Origin: Acidimicrobiales bacterium
Lineage (GTDB): Bacteria > Actinomycetota > Acidimicrobiia > Acidimicrobiales > SZUA-35
Direction: 5' to 3'
Assembly: GCA_020628305.1 (NCBI GenBank)
Contig: JAHDFH010000003.1
Coordinates: 22,033 to 86,032 of the forward strand
DNA length: 64,000 nucleotides
Part shown: positions 8,108 to 18,281 of the stretch, piece after piece
Layout of the letters: the number at the start of each line of letters is the position of its first letter
How positions within the stretch are numbered: position 1 is the stretch's first letter
The notes under the pieces: generated by a model
What the model saw: only the letters and a program-made list of their open reading frames with translations
What the model was told of the DNA's origin: nothing
The model's database searches: none
Translations under genes and position numbers: made by a program

Positions 8108-9406
8108 TTACTCGTTACGAAGCCGGACCCGCATCTTTATTGGGGCCGAACCAAACTCATAGGCGGAACGAAGCTCACGTTCGATGTATCGAAGGTAAGT
8201 CTCGTGGAGCTTTCGATTAGCGAACAATGTAAATGTTGGAGGATCTGTAGCACCTTGCGTTGCGTAGAGGATTCTTGCCCCTTCTGGTGCTGGCTGTGCC
8301 TGTTGCGCCCGACGGACGATAGCGTTTACATCTTTAGTTGGAACTCGCTTGGAGTAAGCTTCAATAGCATCGCTCAACGAGGGCATAATTTTGTTAACGC
8401 CCTTCGATGTGAGAGCCGACACTCGATGCACCGTAGGCGAGGGCAGGAATGAAAGGCGCCGCTTGATTGAATCATCTAAATCGAGTCTTGCCTGGGTATC
8501 AATCAGGTCAATCTTATTGATCACTATGACGATTGGGCAGCCCGCTGCGTCCACTCGTTCAGCAAGCCGTTGGTCTTGCTGGGTAACACCTTCTGTAGCA
8601 TCGAGTACTAGAAGCGCAATGTCTGCTTTGTCAACGCTCTTCAAAGTTCGAAGCACAGAATAGAACTCTGTGTCGTCATCGATTTTAGACTTGCGACGCA
8701 TACCAGCTGTATCTAGAAACTTAATTGGCCCAATCTCTGTGTCTATGGTTGTGTCTACGGTGTCGCGAGTTGTACCTGCAAAGTCATGGATGATTGACCG
8801 TTCTTCACCAATCATCAGGTTAAAGAGGCTGGACTTGCCGACGTTGGGACGGCCAACAAACGCCACAGCGAAGACCCGTTCCTCTTCGCTACTTGGCTCG
8901 GGTGTTGTCTCAGCTGGCAGACGGTTTACGACTTCATCGAGCATGTCTGCTACGCCTTTGCCATGTAAAGAACTAATAGCAAACGGTTCGCCTACTCCTA
9001 ACCTCATAAAGTCCCAGACTGCAGTTTCCAATGCATCAGTATCAACCTTGTTAGCTGCCAACATCGCCGATTTAGCCTTGCGATTTATAACTGCTGCGGC
9101 TTGCATGTCCTCTGAGGTCACCCCAATGCGAGCATCAACTACAAGGATTGCCACATCAGCCTCAGCGAGAGCAGCCTCTGCTTGGACAGTGACCTTGTCA
9201 TCGAGCTCAGAACCACCCTGCATCCAACCGCCCGTATCGATTAAGGTGAATTCGCGTCCTTGCCATTCAGCGTCGGCTTCTTTGCGATCCCTGGTGACTC
9301 CAGAAACGTTCTCAACAATCGCTTCTCGGCGCGCCAAGATACGGTTCATTAGCGTGGATTTACCAACGTTTGGTCGTCCGAAAATAGCAACTTTTGCCAT
9401 GGTCAT
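8108..9406 (-). CDS. der: ribosome-biogenesis GTPase Der (EngA)
   Basis: Two tandem GTPase domains, each with GRPNVGKS(T/S)L, DTGG/DTAG and NKxD motifs, plus a KH-like C-terminus. Confidence 0.95.
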   Translation of the reverse strand: MTMAKVAIFGRPNVGKSTLMNRILARREAIVENVSGVTRDRKEADAEWQGREFTLIDTGGWMQGGSELDDKVTVQAEAALAEADVAILVVDARIGVTSEDMQAAAVINRKAKSAMLAANKVDTDALETAVWDFMRLGVGEPFAISSLHGKGVADMLDEVVNRLPAETTPEPSSEEERVFAVAFVGRPNVGKSSLFNLMIGEERSIIHDFAGTTRDTVDTTIDTEIGPIKFLDTAGMRRKSKIDDDTEFYSVLRTLKSVDKADIALLVLDATEGVTQQDQRLAERVDAAGCPIVIVINKIDLIDTQARLDLDDSIKRRLSFLPSPTVHRVSALTSKGVNKIMPSLSDAIEAYSKRVPTKDVNAIVRRAQQAQPAPEGARILYATQGATDPPTFTLFANRKLHETYLRYIERELRSAYEFGSAPIKMRVRLRNE

Positions 9407-9505
9407 AGCAGCACCTCAAATATCTGGAGCTAGTCCAGTGTAGAAGGGTTATCGAAAAGGTGGTTCTATATATATGACCCAGAAAGCTCCGCTAGTGTAA
9501 ATACC

Positions 9506-10765
9506 ATGAAAGTAGCTATTGTTGGCTCAGGCGTTTCCGGACTAGTCGCAGCTTGGAATTTAAGCAAGTCCCATCAAGTAACGCTATACGAAGCAAATTC
9601 CCGACTTGGAGGGCACGCCAACACTGTTCGCGTGGATGTCAACCCATCCCCGCTTTGGATAGATACGGGTTTCATCGTGCACAACGATCGAAACTACCCG
9701 ATCTTGACAGATCTCTTCAAAGAACTTGGCGTAGCTACAACACCTAGCAATATGAGCTTCTCCGTCTCGTCTCCAAGTACTGATGTCTACTACCGGGCAA
9801 CTAACCTTGCCTCTCTCTTTGCGCATCGGCCAAACCTTGGCAACAAAGAATTTCTGAAAATGTTGTACGAGATCCATAAATTCAACAAAGTGGGCCGTGA
9901 ACTGCTCTCCACGAGCTCCAAAGATGTCACGACTAAAGAATTCGTTGAATCACTTCAAATGAGCGACTTTTTCCTCACTCATTATCTCATACCGTTAGGT
10001 GCCTCAATTTGGTCCGCAGACCCGGGAACTTTTCTGGAGTTTCCAGCCGAATCGTTGCTCCGATTCTTGGATAATCATGGATTAATCAGCTTAGGCAATA
10101 GGCCGCAATGGAAGACCATTGTTGGAGGGTCAGTTCAGTATGTCGCCAAGATAGCTTCTGGCCTAGAAGAACGTGGAGGTGAAATTCTTCTGGATGCTGC
10201 AGTGACTGATATTACTCGAGCGGAAGCCTCTGTCACGGTCTCATCTGCTGCTGGGACGCATACCTATGACAAAGCCATTATTGCGACTCATTCTGATCAA
10301 GCGCTGCAGATGTTGTCAACTCCAACTGCGCTTGAGTCAGAGCTTCTTGGTTCCATTGCGTACCAACCCAACTCAGCGACTCTTCACACTGATACATCCT
10401 TAATGCCCCCAAACATGAAGAACTGGGCCGCCTGGAACTATTCCCATAATGCCACCGACCAAGATCTTGCAACTCTTACATATGATCTCACACTGCTACA
10501 AGGACTCGGCACCAAAAAACGCTACCTAGTCAGCCTCAACTCTGACCACGCCATCGATCCAGCTACAATCCTGGCACAGTCCAATTATGCACATCCCGTT
10601 TTTGACATGGCCGCTCTTAGAGCCCAACGGCGCTATGGCGAGCTGATCAAAGCAAGTACAGCAACAAACACGTACTTTGTTGGAGCTTACTGGCATTATG
10701 GGTTCCATGAAGACGGAGCAAAATCAGCAATGCAAGTAGTGGAAGCCATCGAGCAGAACACCTGA
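9506..10765 (+). CDS. FAD/NAD-binding oxidoreductase (amine-oxidase/desaturase-like; UfaD-like)
   Basis: N-terminal dinucleotide-binding motif KVAIVGSGVSGL..A..L...H.VTLYEA...LGGH. It is 419 aa and sits first in the conserved oxidoreductase-DUF1365-CFA synthase arrangement. Confidence 0.75.
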   Translation: MKVAIVGSGVSGLVAAWNLSKSHQVTLYEANSRLGGHANTVRVDVNPSPLWIDTGFIVHNDRNYPILTDLFKELGVATTPSNMSFSVSSPSTDVYYRATNLASLFAHRPNLGNKEFLKMLYEIHKFNKVGRELLSTSSKDVTTKEFVESLQMSDFFLTHYLIPLGASIWSADPGTFLEFPAESLLRFLDNHGLISLGNRPQWKTIVGGSVQYVAKIASGLEERGGEILLDAAVTDITRAEASVTVSSAAGTHTYDKAIIATHSDQALQMLSTPTALESELLGSIAYQPNSATLHTDTSLMPPNMKNWAAWNYSHNATDQDLATLTYDLTLLQGLGTKKRYLVSLNSDHAIDPATILAQSNYAHPVFDMAALRAQRRYGELIKASTATNTYFVGAYWHYGFHEDGAKSAMQVVEAIEQNT

Positions 10766-11508
10766 TGCTTACACCCGGAACCCCACAAGCTCATTTTGCG
10801 AAGGTCTGGCATCGCAGGAACTATCCCAAGGTAAATGAGTTTTGCAGAACTACGACCATGATCTGGATCGACCCAAGCAGCCCAGAAGAGCTTTTCAAAA
10901 GATCACGTTTTTGGAGAGTGGGAAAGACTGCACCGATTCGATTCAACCGCACCGACTATTTTGTATCTGATGAACCTGACTTAGGACAGGCAGTAAGAAA
11001 CAAAATAGCATCACAGCTTGGTACAGATACAAGCGGCGAGCTACGCATGTTGACACAGCCACGAATCTTAGGCTGGCTGTTCAACCCAATAACGGTATTT
11101 GTGCTCTATGACACTCATGGTGATATCAACGCTGTCTTACTTGAAGTCACAAACACCCCCTGGAAAGAAACTCAGCACTACGTTCTTGCTCCAAGCGAGG
11201 ACGAGGGGTCGAAGATTGCATTCGAGAAGAAAATGCATGTCTCACCGTTTCTTGGGATGGACTACCAATACCTTGTCGAGTTCTCAGCAGATGGCTATAG
11301 GATCAATGTCATAGATGGACAAGGCCAACCCATCGTCGAAACGGCAGTCAGAACAGATGACTCCACGGCGATAACCAATCGGCTCAGCTCGGCTGTGTAC
11401 CGCAATCTCGCAAGCACATTAAAAACAAGCGCCAGTATTCATTGGCAGGCGCTAGTCCTTTGGCTCAAACGTGTAGGGTTTAAACCACATCCCTCACGTA
11501 AGCAGTAA
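10765..11508 (+). CDS. DUF1365-family protein (UfaO-like)
   Basis: 247 aa. Its start overlaps the upstream stop (TGATG). The H.R......F.Y-type N-terminus (VWHRRNYPKVNEF) and its position between the oxidoreductase and the CFA-synthase-like gene are characteristic of DUF1365. Confidence 0.65.
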   Translation: MLTPGTPQAHFAKVWHRRNYPKVNEFCRTTTMIWIDPSSPEELFKRSRFWRVGKTAPIRFNRTDYFVSDEPDLGQAVRNKIASQLGTDTSGELRMLTQPRILGWLFNPITVFVLYDTHGDINAVLLEVTNTPWKETQHYVLAPSEDEGSKIAFEKKMHVSPFLGMDYQYLVEFSADGYRINVIDGQGQPIVETAVRTDDSTAITNRLSSAVYRNLASTLKTSASIHWQALVLWLKRVGFKPHPSRKQ

Positions 11509-11579
11509 GCATAACCTGGGTCTCTTTCCGACAAACTTCCGTCGGTTGAAGCTAGACTCGCCTTAGATGGCAAGGAAGA

Positions 11580-12833
11580 GTGCTCTTGACTGACCGGCAG
11601 ACTAACACCGCAAAACTACTTGAGAAATCACGCTCGATTAGACCTAAGCTCCTCAGCCCAAACTCTTCTCGAGCGATGCTGACCAAGCTGCTTAACCGAT
11701 CTGTCTACGGCAAGCTAAACATTATTGAATCTGGGCACTCCCCTATAATGATTTCCGGAAACAGACCTGGACCGGCAGCCGCCATCGAGGTTGTAGATGC
11801 TAGGGCATGGCAAGCTGTGGCAGTTGAAGGTAGCGCCGGTTTGGGCAGGGGCTACATGGAAGGCTGGTGGGATTCACTCGATCCTGTTGCTGTAATTTCC
11901 TTTCTTAACCTCAACCTGCGATCTCTTGATAGCGCAAGAAACTTCCTAGCAAGCATCGCAAGTCCAATCTCGAAGCTTAAGCACTCTGTGTTCAAGCCAA
12001 CCGAAGTTCGAGGCGAAGACAGAGACAACATTGGATCGCACTACGACATCGGCAACAGCTTCTTTGAACTATTCCTAGATGAGACTATGACCTATTCATC
12101 AGGGATCTTCAACTCCCCAGATGACTCTTTGACTCAAGCAAGTCTTAACAAGTATGACCGCCTAATCGAGCGTACAGGCATAACCTCAGGCTCGAAAGTC
12201 CTGGAAATAGGAACCGGCTGGGGTGGGTTTGCTGCAAGAGCCGTGGAGACAGCAGGCTGTCAGGTAACAACTACCACCATTTCCGAAGAGCAGTACGACG
12301 CCGCAGCGGCAAAGTTCACTGACCTCGGCATTACAGTTGAACTACGCAAGTCTGACTGGCGTGATCTCGACGGCGTCTATGATCAGCTAATTTCAATCGA
12401 GATGATTGAGGCGGTTCACTGGCGAGATTACCCTGCGTTCTTTTCAAAAATTGCTAACTCGTTGCGCTCTGGTGGAACCGCCGGGATTCAAGCCATATGC
12501 GTTCCCGATCGCAACTATGAACGAATCAAGCAAACAAAAGACTTCATTCGAAAGTTCATTTTTCCTGGAGGCTTCCTACCATCAGTCGAGCTAGTAGAGA
12601 GCCACAGCCGCCAAGTTGGCTTGGAGACAATTGAGGTGTTCGATATGTCATCGCACTATGTGACGACCCTGCAACTATGGCGAGAACGTTTCGATACAGC
12701 TGCGGATCGGCTCAGTGAGTTGGGTTTAGATGAGCAGTTTCAAAGACTTTGGCGCTTCTATCTGATGTATTGCGAATCAGCATTCACTCAGCGCTCATGC
12801 ACCGTCAACCAGATCCTCTTGAAGAAAGCTTAA
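11580..12833 (+). CDS. cyclopropane-fatty-acyl-phospholipid synthase-family SAM methyltransferase
   Basis: GTG start preceded by AAGGAAG. It has the HYD.GN.F..FLD..M.YSS..F motif, the SAM-binding VLEIGTGWGG motif, and a CFA-synthase-type C-terminus (W..Y..YCE..F). Confidence 0.85.
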   Translation: MLLTDRQTNTAKLLEKSRSIRPKLLSPNSSRAMLTKLLNRSVYGKLNIIESGHSPIMISGNRPGPAAAIEVVDARAWQAVAVEGSAGLGRGYMEGWWDSLDPVAVISFLNLNLRSLDSARNFLASIASPISKLKHSVFKPTEVRGEDRDNIGSHYDIGNSFFELFLDETMTYSSGIFNSPDDSLTQASLNKYDRLIERTGITSGSKVLEIGTGWGGFAARAVETAGCQVTTTTISEEQYDAAAAKFTDLGITVELRKSDWRDLDGVYDQLISIEMIEAVHWRDYPAFFSKIANSLRSGGTAGIQAICVPDRNYERIKQTKDFIRKFIFPGGFLPSVELVESHSRQVGLETIEVFDMSSHYVTTLQLWRERFDTAADRLSELGLDEQFQRLWRFYLMYCESAFTQRSCTVNQILLKKA

Positions 12834-12836
12834 CCA

Positions 12837-13874
12837 ATGGAACAAACCCAAAAAGTTGAAAAAGTGCTGCTCTGCGCTCCCCGAGGGTTTTGTGCTGGGG
12901 TTGAGATGGCTATTAAAGCCCTTGCATGGATGGTGAAAGCTTTCGAAGCTCCCGTTTACTGCTACCACGAAATCGTCCACAACAAACTCGTAGTTGAAAA
13001 CTTCAAATCACAGGGTGTGGTTTTTGTAGACAACATTGCCGAAGTTCCTGAAGGCAAACCGATCATGCTCTCAGCCCACGGTTCTGCCCCCGAAGTGGTG
13101 GCAGCGGCAAAAGCCAACGGCAGCTACGTCGTTGATGCTGTCTGCCCCCTAGTAACCAAAGTGCACCACGAAGTTAAGGTCCGGTCTAAAAAAGGTTACA
13201 GGATTGTCTATGTAGGCCACGCAGGTCACGAAGAAGCGGTTGGCACAATGGCTGTTGCCCCAGAATCCATACACCGAGTTGAGTCAGTTGAAGATGTAGC
13301 TCAGTTGCCAGAATTTGAGGAGCCAACTGCCCTACTTGCACAAACCACGCTTTCGCATCGCGACTGGGCAGATGTGGCAGACGCCGCTAAAGAGAAGTAT
13401 CCGGATATTTTCACCCCGACCAGAAGCGACCTTTGCTTCGCCACAACCAACAGGCAGGCAGCGTTGATGCAAATTGCCAATCGCTGTGATGCCTTTGTAG
13501 TAATTGGATCAGCCAACTCATCAAACACAAACGCTCTTGCCCAACTAGCGAGAGAATCTGGTTGCGAAAGCGTTTACAGGGTGAATGGCCCTGAAGAACT
13601 CCCAACTGATATCTCGGGCATTGTCGGTGTGACTGCTGGAGCGTCCGCTCCTGAACATGTTGTTCAGGCAGTGATTAAACAACTCGCACCCCAAGACGGG
13701 GTCGAAGAAGTAACAGTTACTCAGGAAGATGAATACTTTCCTCCACCACGCAACTTAAGAAATCTTTTATCCGGCCTGGAAGCAGCTGCATCGCTTGCGT
13801 TGGGACAACATCCGTCCAATCAACCCGAGCTACCCGACCGCTATCTTGATGCCTCAAGCGTTCTAGTCGACTAG
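12837..13874 (+). CDS. ispH: 4-hydroxy-3-methylbut-2-enyl diphosphate reductase
   Basis: It has the LLCAPRGFCAGVE..I start, HNK.VV, SAHG, and conserved Cys positions of IspH/LytB. Confidence 0.92.
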   Translation: MEQTQKVEKVLLCAPRGFCAGVEMAIKALAWMVKAFEAPVYCYHEIVHNKLVVENFKSQGVVFVDNIAEVPEGKPIMLSAHGSAPEVVAAAKANGSYVVDAVCPLVTKVHHEVKVRSKKGYRIVYVGHAGHEEAVGTMAVAPESIHRVESVEDVAQLPEFEEPTALLAQTTLSHRDWADVADAAKEKYPDIFTPTRSDLCFATTNRQAALMQIANRCDAFVVIGSANSSNTNALAQLARESGCESVYRVNGPEELPTDISGIVGVTAGASAPEHVVQAVIKQLAPQDGVEEVTVTQEDEYFPPPRNLRNLLSGLEAAASLALGQHPSNQPELPDRYLDASSVLVD

Positions 13875-14543
13875 CGAGCTCGCCTCATCAAAGACACTTT
13901 GCAAATTAAGCTGTACTTCCTCGGAATAGGTTTGCACAGCTGAGCGTTTTACCCTGCTGCCCTCCTTTGTTGGTGGAAGCATTGGTTCTCCAATGACCAA
14001 ACTGCAACGACCAGGACGAATCCACAGACGACCTTTGCCCATAATCTGTTCCAAACCACCAATCCCTACCGGCACGATCGGCACCTGGGCGCGCGCAGCA
14101 ATAAAGGCTATCCCGGGTTTGATTGGGAGAACTTCTGCCCCGCTGAAGCGTGCCCCTTCTGGGAACATTACAAGGGGTTCGCCCTGGCTCAGAACTTGCT
14201 CGGCCAAGCCAAGCGCTTGCCGGTCGCTGGCATCACGGTCAACAGGAAACCCGCCCATTGCCCTCAAGAAAGAACCAAGAACTGGCTTTTCAAAAAAAGA
14301 GTTCGCCCCCATGAATCGTAGGACCCTGTCGCTGGCTTGAGTTACGACGGGGGTATCAAGATATGACCTATGCCCCGCAGGGGCAAGAATAAATCCACCT
14401 GCGCTTGGAATGTTAGCTGCGCCTTCGACCTTCAGACGAAGATAGCTCTTGCAAATTCCGCCCATTAGTCTTCGTCCTAAGCGATACGCTCTGCGTTGTG
14501 CCTGCGACATAGGAAAGTCGCCAGATTGATTGGCTGCCTGCAT
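13863..14543 (-). CDS. plsC: 1-acyl-sn-glycerol-3-phosphate acyltransferase
   Basis: It has the HX4D motif (AGHRSYLD) and the FPEG motif. It is 226 aa. Confidence 0.8.
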   Translation of the reverse strand: MQAANQSGDFPMSQAQRRAYRLGRRLMGGICKSYLRLKVEGAANIPSAGGFILAPAGHRSYLDTPVVTQASDRVLRFMGANSFFEKPVLGSFLRAMGGFPVDRDASDRQALGLAEQVLSQGEPLVMFPEGARFSGAEVLPIKPGIAFIAARAQVPIVPVGIGGLEQIMGKGRLWIRPGRCSLVIGEPMLPPTKEGSRVKRSAVQTYSEEVQLNLQSVFDEASSLVD

Positions 14544-15608
14544 CTAAACAAGCTCGCTTACTCTATGAACAAAGTTCCCATCACCTAGAGCCTGTGACAG
14601 TCTTTCAGATTCACCAGCAGAGATCACAAGGCTGAGGAGACCGCTATTTGAAGATACAGAGTGAGCAATAGACAGATCATATATGTTTACCCCATTAACA
14701 GCCGCTAGCCGAGTGATCTCGGCAATCTGTCCGGGTTCATCGCTGAGGCTGAGTTGCACAAGACAGAACTCAGAGACATCTCCAACAATGTGCGGCAAAG
14801 TAGAGCGCCATTGCCTGGCGGACTCTAGGTAGTTCAGCAGAGACTCCGAATCGCCCGACGCCACAATTTCAGCGAGGTCACTAAGCGACTTACTTAAGTG
14901 ATGTAGATGGTTTGAGATGCTCTTTGAATTTGCTTGGCAAATGTCAACCCACATATTCGCGGCGCCGGCAGAAACCCGGGTCATATCTCGGAAGCCGCCA
15001 CCAGATAGAGAGAAAGCAAGCTTTGGATCATTTGAAGTCTCAGTAACGGCAGCCATAAGCGCAGCTGCAGTTAGATGGGGAACGTGGCTAACCTGAGCAG
15101 TTAGCTCATCATGTGTCTTAGCGTCAAGAACTAAAGGTTGAGCACCCAAAGACCTCACAACTCGAAATACTTCGTCAAGGGTTGAGTCAGCACTCTCGAC
15201 GCTGGGTGTCAAGATCCATGGAGCGTCACTAAAAAGAGTTCCTCTGGAACCTTCTGGACCAGATATCTCTGATCCTGCCATAGGGTGTCCGCCAACAAAT
15301 CGAGGATCCTTAACGCTTTCGCAAATCAAAGACTTAGCAGAGCCCACATCAGTTACGATTCCCTCGGTTTGTGCAAGTGCTTGGACTACAGTGTCCACAA
15401 CCTGCCCAACTGGAGTTGCCACAAAAGAGATATCGGCTGTTGGATCAATGCCAACCTCATGGGCGTACCCCATGCTTTGCACTGCTTGCGCTGCCGCTGT
15501 ATTGATATCTGTAACAGTGACAAACCAGCCAAGTTCGGCCAACCTTGCCGCTATAGAACCACCAATTAGACCACAGCCAAAAATCTGTGCACGTCTACCC
15601 TCATTCAT
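14544..15608 (-). CDS. tyrA: prephenate dehydrogenase with C-terminal ACT-like domain
   Basis: N-terminal Rossmann motif IFGCGLIGGS, the GGHPMAG motif, and a C-terminal region of about 70 aa resembling an ACT domain. Confidence 0.85.
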   Translation of the reverse strand: MNEGRRAQIFGCGLIGGSIAARLAELGWFVTVTDINTAAAQAVQSMGYAHEVGIDPTADISFVATPVGQVVDTVVQALAQTEGIVTDVGSAKSLICESVKDPRFVGGHPMAGSEISGPEGSRGTLFSDAPWILTPSVESADSTLDEVFRVVRSLGAQPLVLDAKTHDELTAQVSHVPHLTAAALMAAVTETSNDPKLAFSLSGGGFRDMTRVSAGAANMWVDICQANSKSISNHLHHLSKSLSDLAEIVASGDSESLLNYLESARQWRSTLPHIVGDVSEFCLVQLSLSDEPGQIAEITRLAAVNGVNIYDLSIAHSVSSNSGLLSLVISAGESERLSQALGDGNFVHRVSELV

Positions 15609-15976
15609 AGCTCGTTATCACCAGCCTGAGCTAAATCGGGCCTCAGCTTCGTAGCCGAACCGAGAAAAACATGCTGAGGAGCGTGTGAGGATTCAACATG
15701 GACAAAACACCTAATCACTCGCTCCATTGAACCCTCGACAAACATCTCTTGTGCACATAGTAGCGGGACGTCCCCCAAGTCGAGTTCTCGCACTCCCACT
15801 GCGGGAGCAACAGATCGAATATCTGAAGTGGCTGTGAAGAATATGCTGACAACATCATCAGAAACTAGGGAGTTACGCTTGAGAATTTCTTGGAGAAGCA
15901 GAGCGGAGCGCGACTTAACCTGATCAGGTGTATCTTCTGGTACTGAAACTGCTCCCCGAATCGCTACTATAGCCAC
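15605..15976 (-). CDS. aroH: chorismate mutase, AroH type
   Basis: 123 aa. It has the AIRGA start and overall AroH-class pattern (FFT.T.D..S..PA...R......VPL.C..E). It overlaps the tyrA start by 4 nt. Confidence 0.8.
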   Translation of the reverse strand: MAIVAIRGAVSVPEDTPDQVKSRSALLLQEILKRNSLVSDDVVSIFFTATSDIRSVAPAVGVRELDLGDVPLLCAQEMFVEGSMERVIRCFVHVESSHAPQHVFLGSATKLRPDLAQAGDNEL

Positions 15977-15985
15977 CCCGATACC

Positions 15986-16738
15986 CTAGCCGTTGTGCCG
16001 AATAGTTGTGATTGATTTCTGTAAATCATTCACTTCGTCCTGCATGAGCTGACGATACTCCCCTGGAGCGAGTTTAGGATCTGCCAAACTCCCAATTCGA
16101 GTTCGAACAAGCCGCAGACAAGGTCTTCCAATAGCGTCGCACATTCTTCGAACCTGGCGATTTCTACCCTCATGGATGGTTAGCTTGAGCAATCGATCAG
16201 CCGGACTGGTTGCTTTGGCAGGCGCTGTGGGTCCATCATCTAGTTCTAAACCATCCCTGAGGCGCTTAAGGTCGCCTGGAGTAGGGGTGCTTTCTAGATA
16301 TGCCAGGTACTCCTTCTCTACACCGAAACTTGGATGGGTGAGACGGTAAGTAAGGTCGCCGTCGTTAGTAAGCAGTAGTAAGCCCTCAGTTTCGTAATCT
16401 AGACGACCGACCGGAAAAATTCGATGAGCGGAATCGACGAGCTCTGTAACTACTTTGCGCCCTCGATCATCTGAGGACGCTGATATGTATCCGGCCGGTT
16501 TGTTGAGCAAAAAATAGACAAGATCAACTTGATGGGAGTACGTTACCCCGTCAACGGTTATTTCGTCCTCGGACGTCACCTTGTCACCAACTCGAGCGAC
16601 TTCGCCGTTGACAAGAACTCGGCCTTCGGCAATCAACTCTTCCGAGAACCTACGACTAGCAATGCCGATGCGGGCCAGAACCTTGTGGAGACGTTCAGGC
16701 GTTATCGACATTACCGACTGATTCTTCGACCAAATCAA
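15986..16738 (-). CDS. rluB: pseudouridine synthase (RluB/RsuA family) with S4 domain
   Basis: It has an S4 domain (RLHKVLARIGIASRR..E.LI..GRV.VNG) and the catalytic motif GRLDYETEGLLLLTNDG. The true start is probably Met10. Confidence 0.88.
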   Translation of the reverse strand: MIWSKNQSVMSITPERLHKVLARIGIASRRFSEELIAEGRVLVNGEVARVGDKVTSEDEITVDGVTYSHQVDLVYFLLNKPAGYISASSDDRGRKVVTELVDSAHRIFPVGRLDYETEGLLLLTNDGDLTYRLTHPSFGVEKEYLAYLESTPTPGDLKRLRDGLELDDGPTAPAKATSPADRLLKLTIHEGRNRQVRRMCDAIGRPCLRLVRTRIGSLADPKLAPGEYRQLMQDEVNDLQKSITTIRHNG

Positions 16739-17429
16739 TGACCGGTTCGGGGTCTGTTAGATCAATCACTTCGTCAGACTCATCCGGCATGAGCATTCCG
16801 TTCTTAGCTGACTCTCGAGCAGCAGAAGCTCCCTCGACTCTCAATGCGTTCTCTAGCACCTCGAGTACTTCTGCGGAAGGCACAAAGTCCCCGAGTGATG
16901 GCAGTTCATCGATGCTTGATAGCCCAACGCTCTCCAAGAAAAAGGACGTTGTACCATATAGGGTCGCTCTACCAGGGCCAGAATCTTCTCCAACCTCTGC
17001 AACGTAGCCTCGCTGAAGCAAAGTCTTCAATACCCCGTCTACATTCACGCCACGAATCGCTGACATCTGAACCCGAGAAACAGGCTGTTTGTAGGCAATG
17101 ATCGAAAGGGTTTCTAACGCAGCTGCTGACACCTTGGCAGTATGTCCGCTCAAAGCAAAACGTTCCATGTACGGAGCCATATCTTTACACGTCTGATAGC
17201 GCCAGCCCCCAGCAATAGCTGCGAGCTCATAGCCAGCACCCCGCTCTTGGAGTTCATCGCGTATATGTTCGCAGAGTTGCCTTACGCGTTTCAATGGAAT
17301 CTCTACGAGTTCTGCTATCAACAACTCAGGCATTGGTTCAGTTGTCACCAGGAGTACAGCTTCTATTGCTCGAATGGCCTGCGAATCGTCCAGTTCCGCT
17401 TTAAATGCTTCTTTTACTTCATCCGTCAT
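16695..17429 (-). CDS. scpB: segregation and condensation protein B
   Basis: It has A.EA.L.....P, LSIIAYKQPVSR..... IRGV..DGV..L and an acidic C-tail. It is adjacent to scpA. Confidence 0.88.
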   Translation of the reverse strand: MTDEVKEAFKAELDDSQAIRAIEAVLLVTTEPMPELLIAELVEIPLKRVRQLCEHIRDELQERGAGYELAAIAGGWRYQTCKDMAPYMERFALSGHTAKVSAAALETLSIIAYKQPVSRVQMSAIRGVNVDGVLKTLLQRGYVAEVGEDSGPGRATLYGTTSFFLESVGLSSIDELPSLGDFVPSAEVLEVLENALRVEGASAARESAKNGMLMPDESDEVIDLTDPEPVIDLVEESVGNVDNA

Positions 17430-18192
17430 AAGTGTCTACCTCATCAATACTTTGCGTAACGCTGACCGTTACCGGACTCAGTCGCAACTCTCCATCAGAT
17501 TTACTTTGTTCGATATCAATGATTCCCTGCTTGAAGAGCTCGAGAATAGCTAGAAAATGAACAACAATCTCCAACCTCTCCATTGAAGCATCAACGATGT
17601 CCCGATAGCGCAAGGACTCACCCTTCTGCAGACGGCTCGAAATGCGCTCTATCGCCTGCGGGACGCTCCAACGTAATTGAGCCACGTGGTGTAGTGACAC
17701 CTCAGGCACTGGCTTTGGAGAAGCCAGCTTAATAAAAGCTCGCTGAAGTCTGTCTGCAGTCATTCCTGAAAGTGGATCTGGAGTTAGATCGATGTAAGGC
17801 TCTTCCAAACCGACCGATCGTGGCACACTAAGGTTGGCGCCCGAGAGAAGCTCTTCGATAACTTGAGCAGCGTCTTTGAATGTTTTACACTCAAGCAGTC
17901 TCGCTAGTAGTTGGTCCCGCTCTTCCCAAATTCCTAGCTCTTCGTCCAAAGCAGCTTCTGAAGCAGCTGGGAGCAAGCGGCGACACTTTAACTCAACTAA
18001 GGTTGAAGCAATCAACAGAAACTCGGTAGCGACATCTAGATCGCACTCGTCCATCTTAGAGAGTTCAGCCAGGTAGGCATCTACGATCTGAGTGAGATCC
18101 ACTTCGTACAGATCAACGTCATCTTTGAGAATCAAATGAAGCAGAAGATCAAACGGACCTTCAAATACTTTTGTCTGGACTGTGTAACTCAC
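17419..18192 (-). CDS. scpA: segregation and condensation protein A
   Basis: It has the FEGPFDLLLHLI....D.Y.V.L..I...Y motif typical of ScpA. Confidence 0.9.
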   Translation of the reverse strand: MSYTVQTKVFEGPFDLLLHLILKDDVDLYEVDLTQIVDAYLAELSKMDECDLDVATEFLLIASTLVELKCRRLLPAASEAALDEELGIWEERDQLLARLLECKTFKDAAQVIEELLSGANLSVPRSVGLEEPYIDLTPDPLSGMTADRLQRAFIKLASPKPVPEVSLHHVAQLRWSVPQAIERISSRLQKGESLRYRDIVDASMERLEIVVHFLAILELFKQGIIDIEQSKSDGELRLSPVTVSVTQSIDEVDTYDG

Positions 18193-18281
18193 CTCCTACA
18201 GCTTAGACAACCTGTGAGCCACCCGCTCCCAAAGACAACAAACTTCCTCCCAGATCGCCCATTTCAACTACACTCACAAGA

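Noticed and set aside
8670-9443. 257-aa plus-strand ORF antisense to der. Similar long antisense ORFs occur at 23430-24032, 30671-31098 and 31199-31573.
   Set aside because: These lie entirely inside well-supported genes on the other strand. Their products are Ser/Thr/Arg/Ala/Pro-rich low-information sequences with no motifs. They are the typical stop-codon-depleted shadow frames of real genes.
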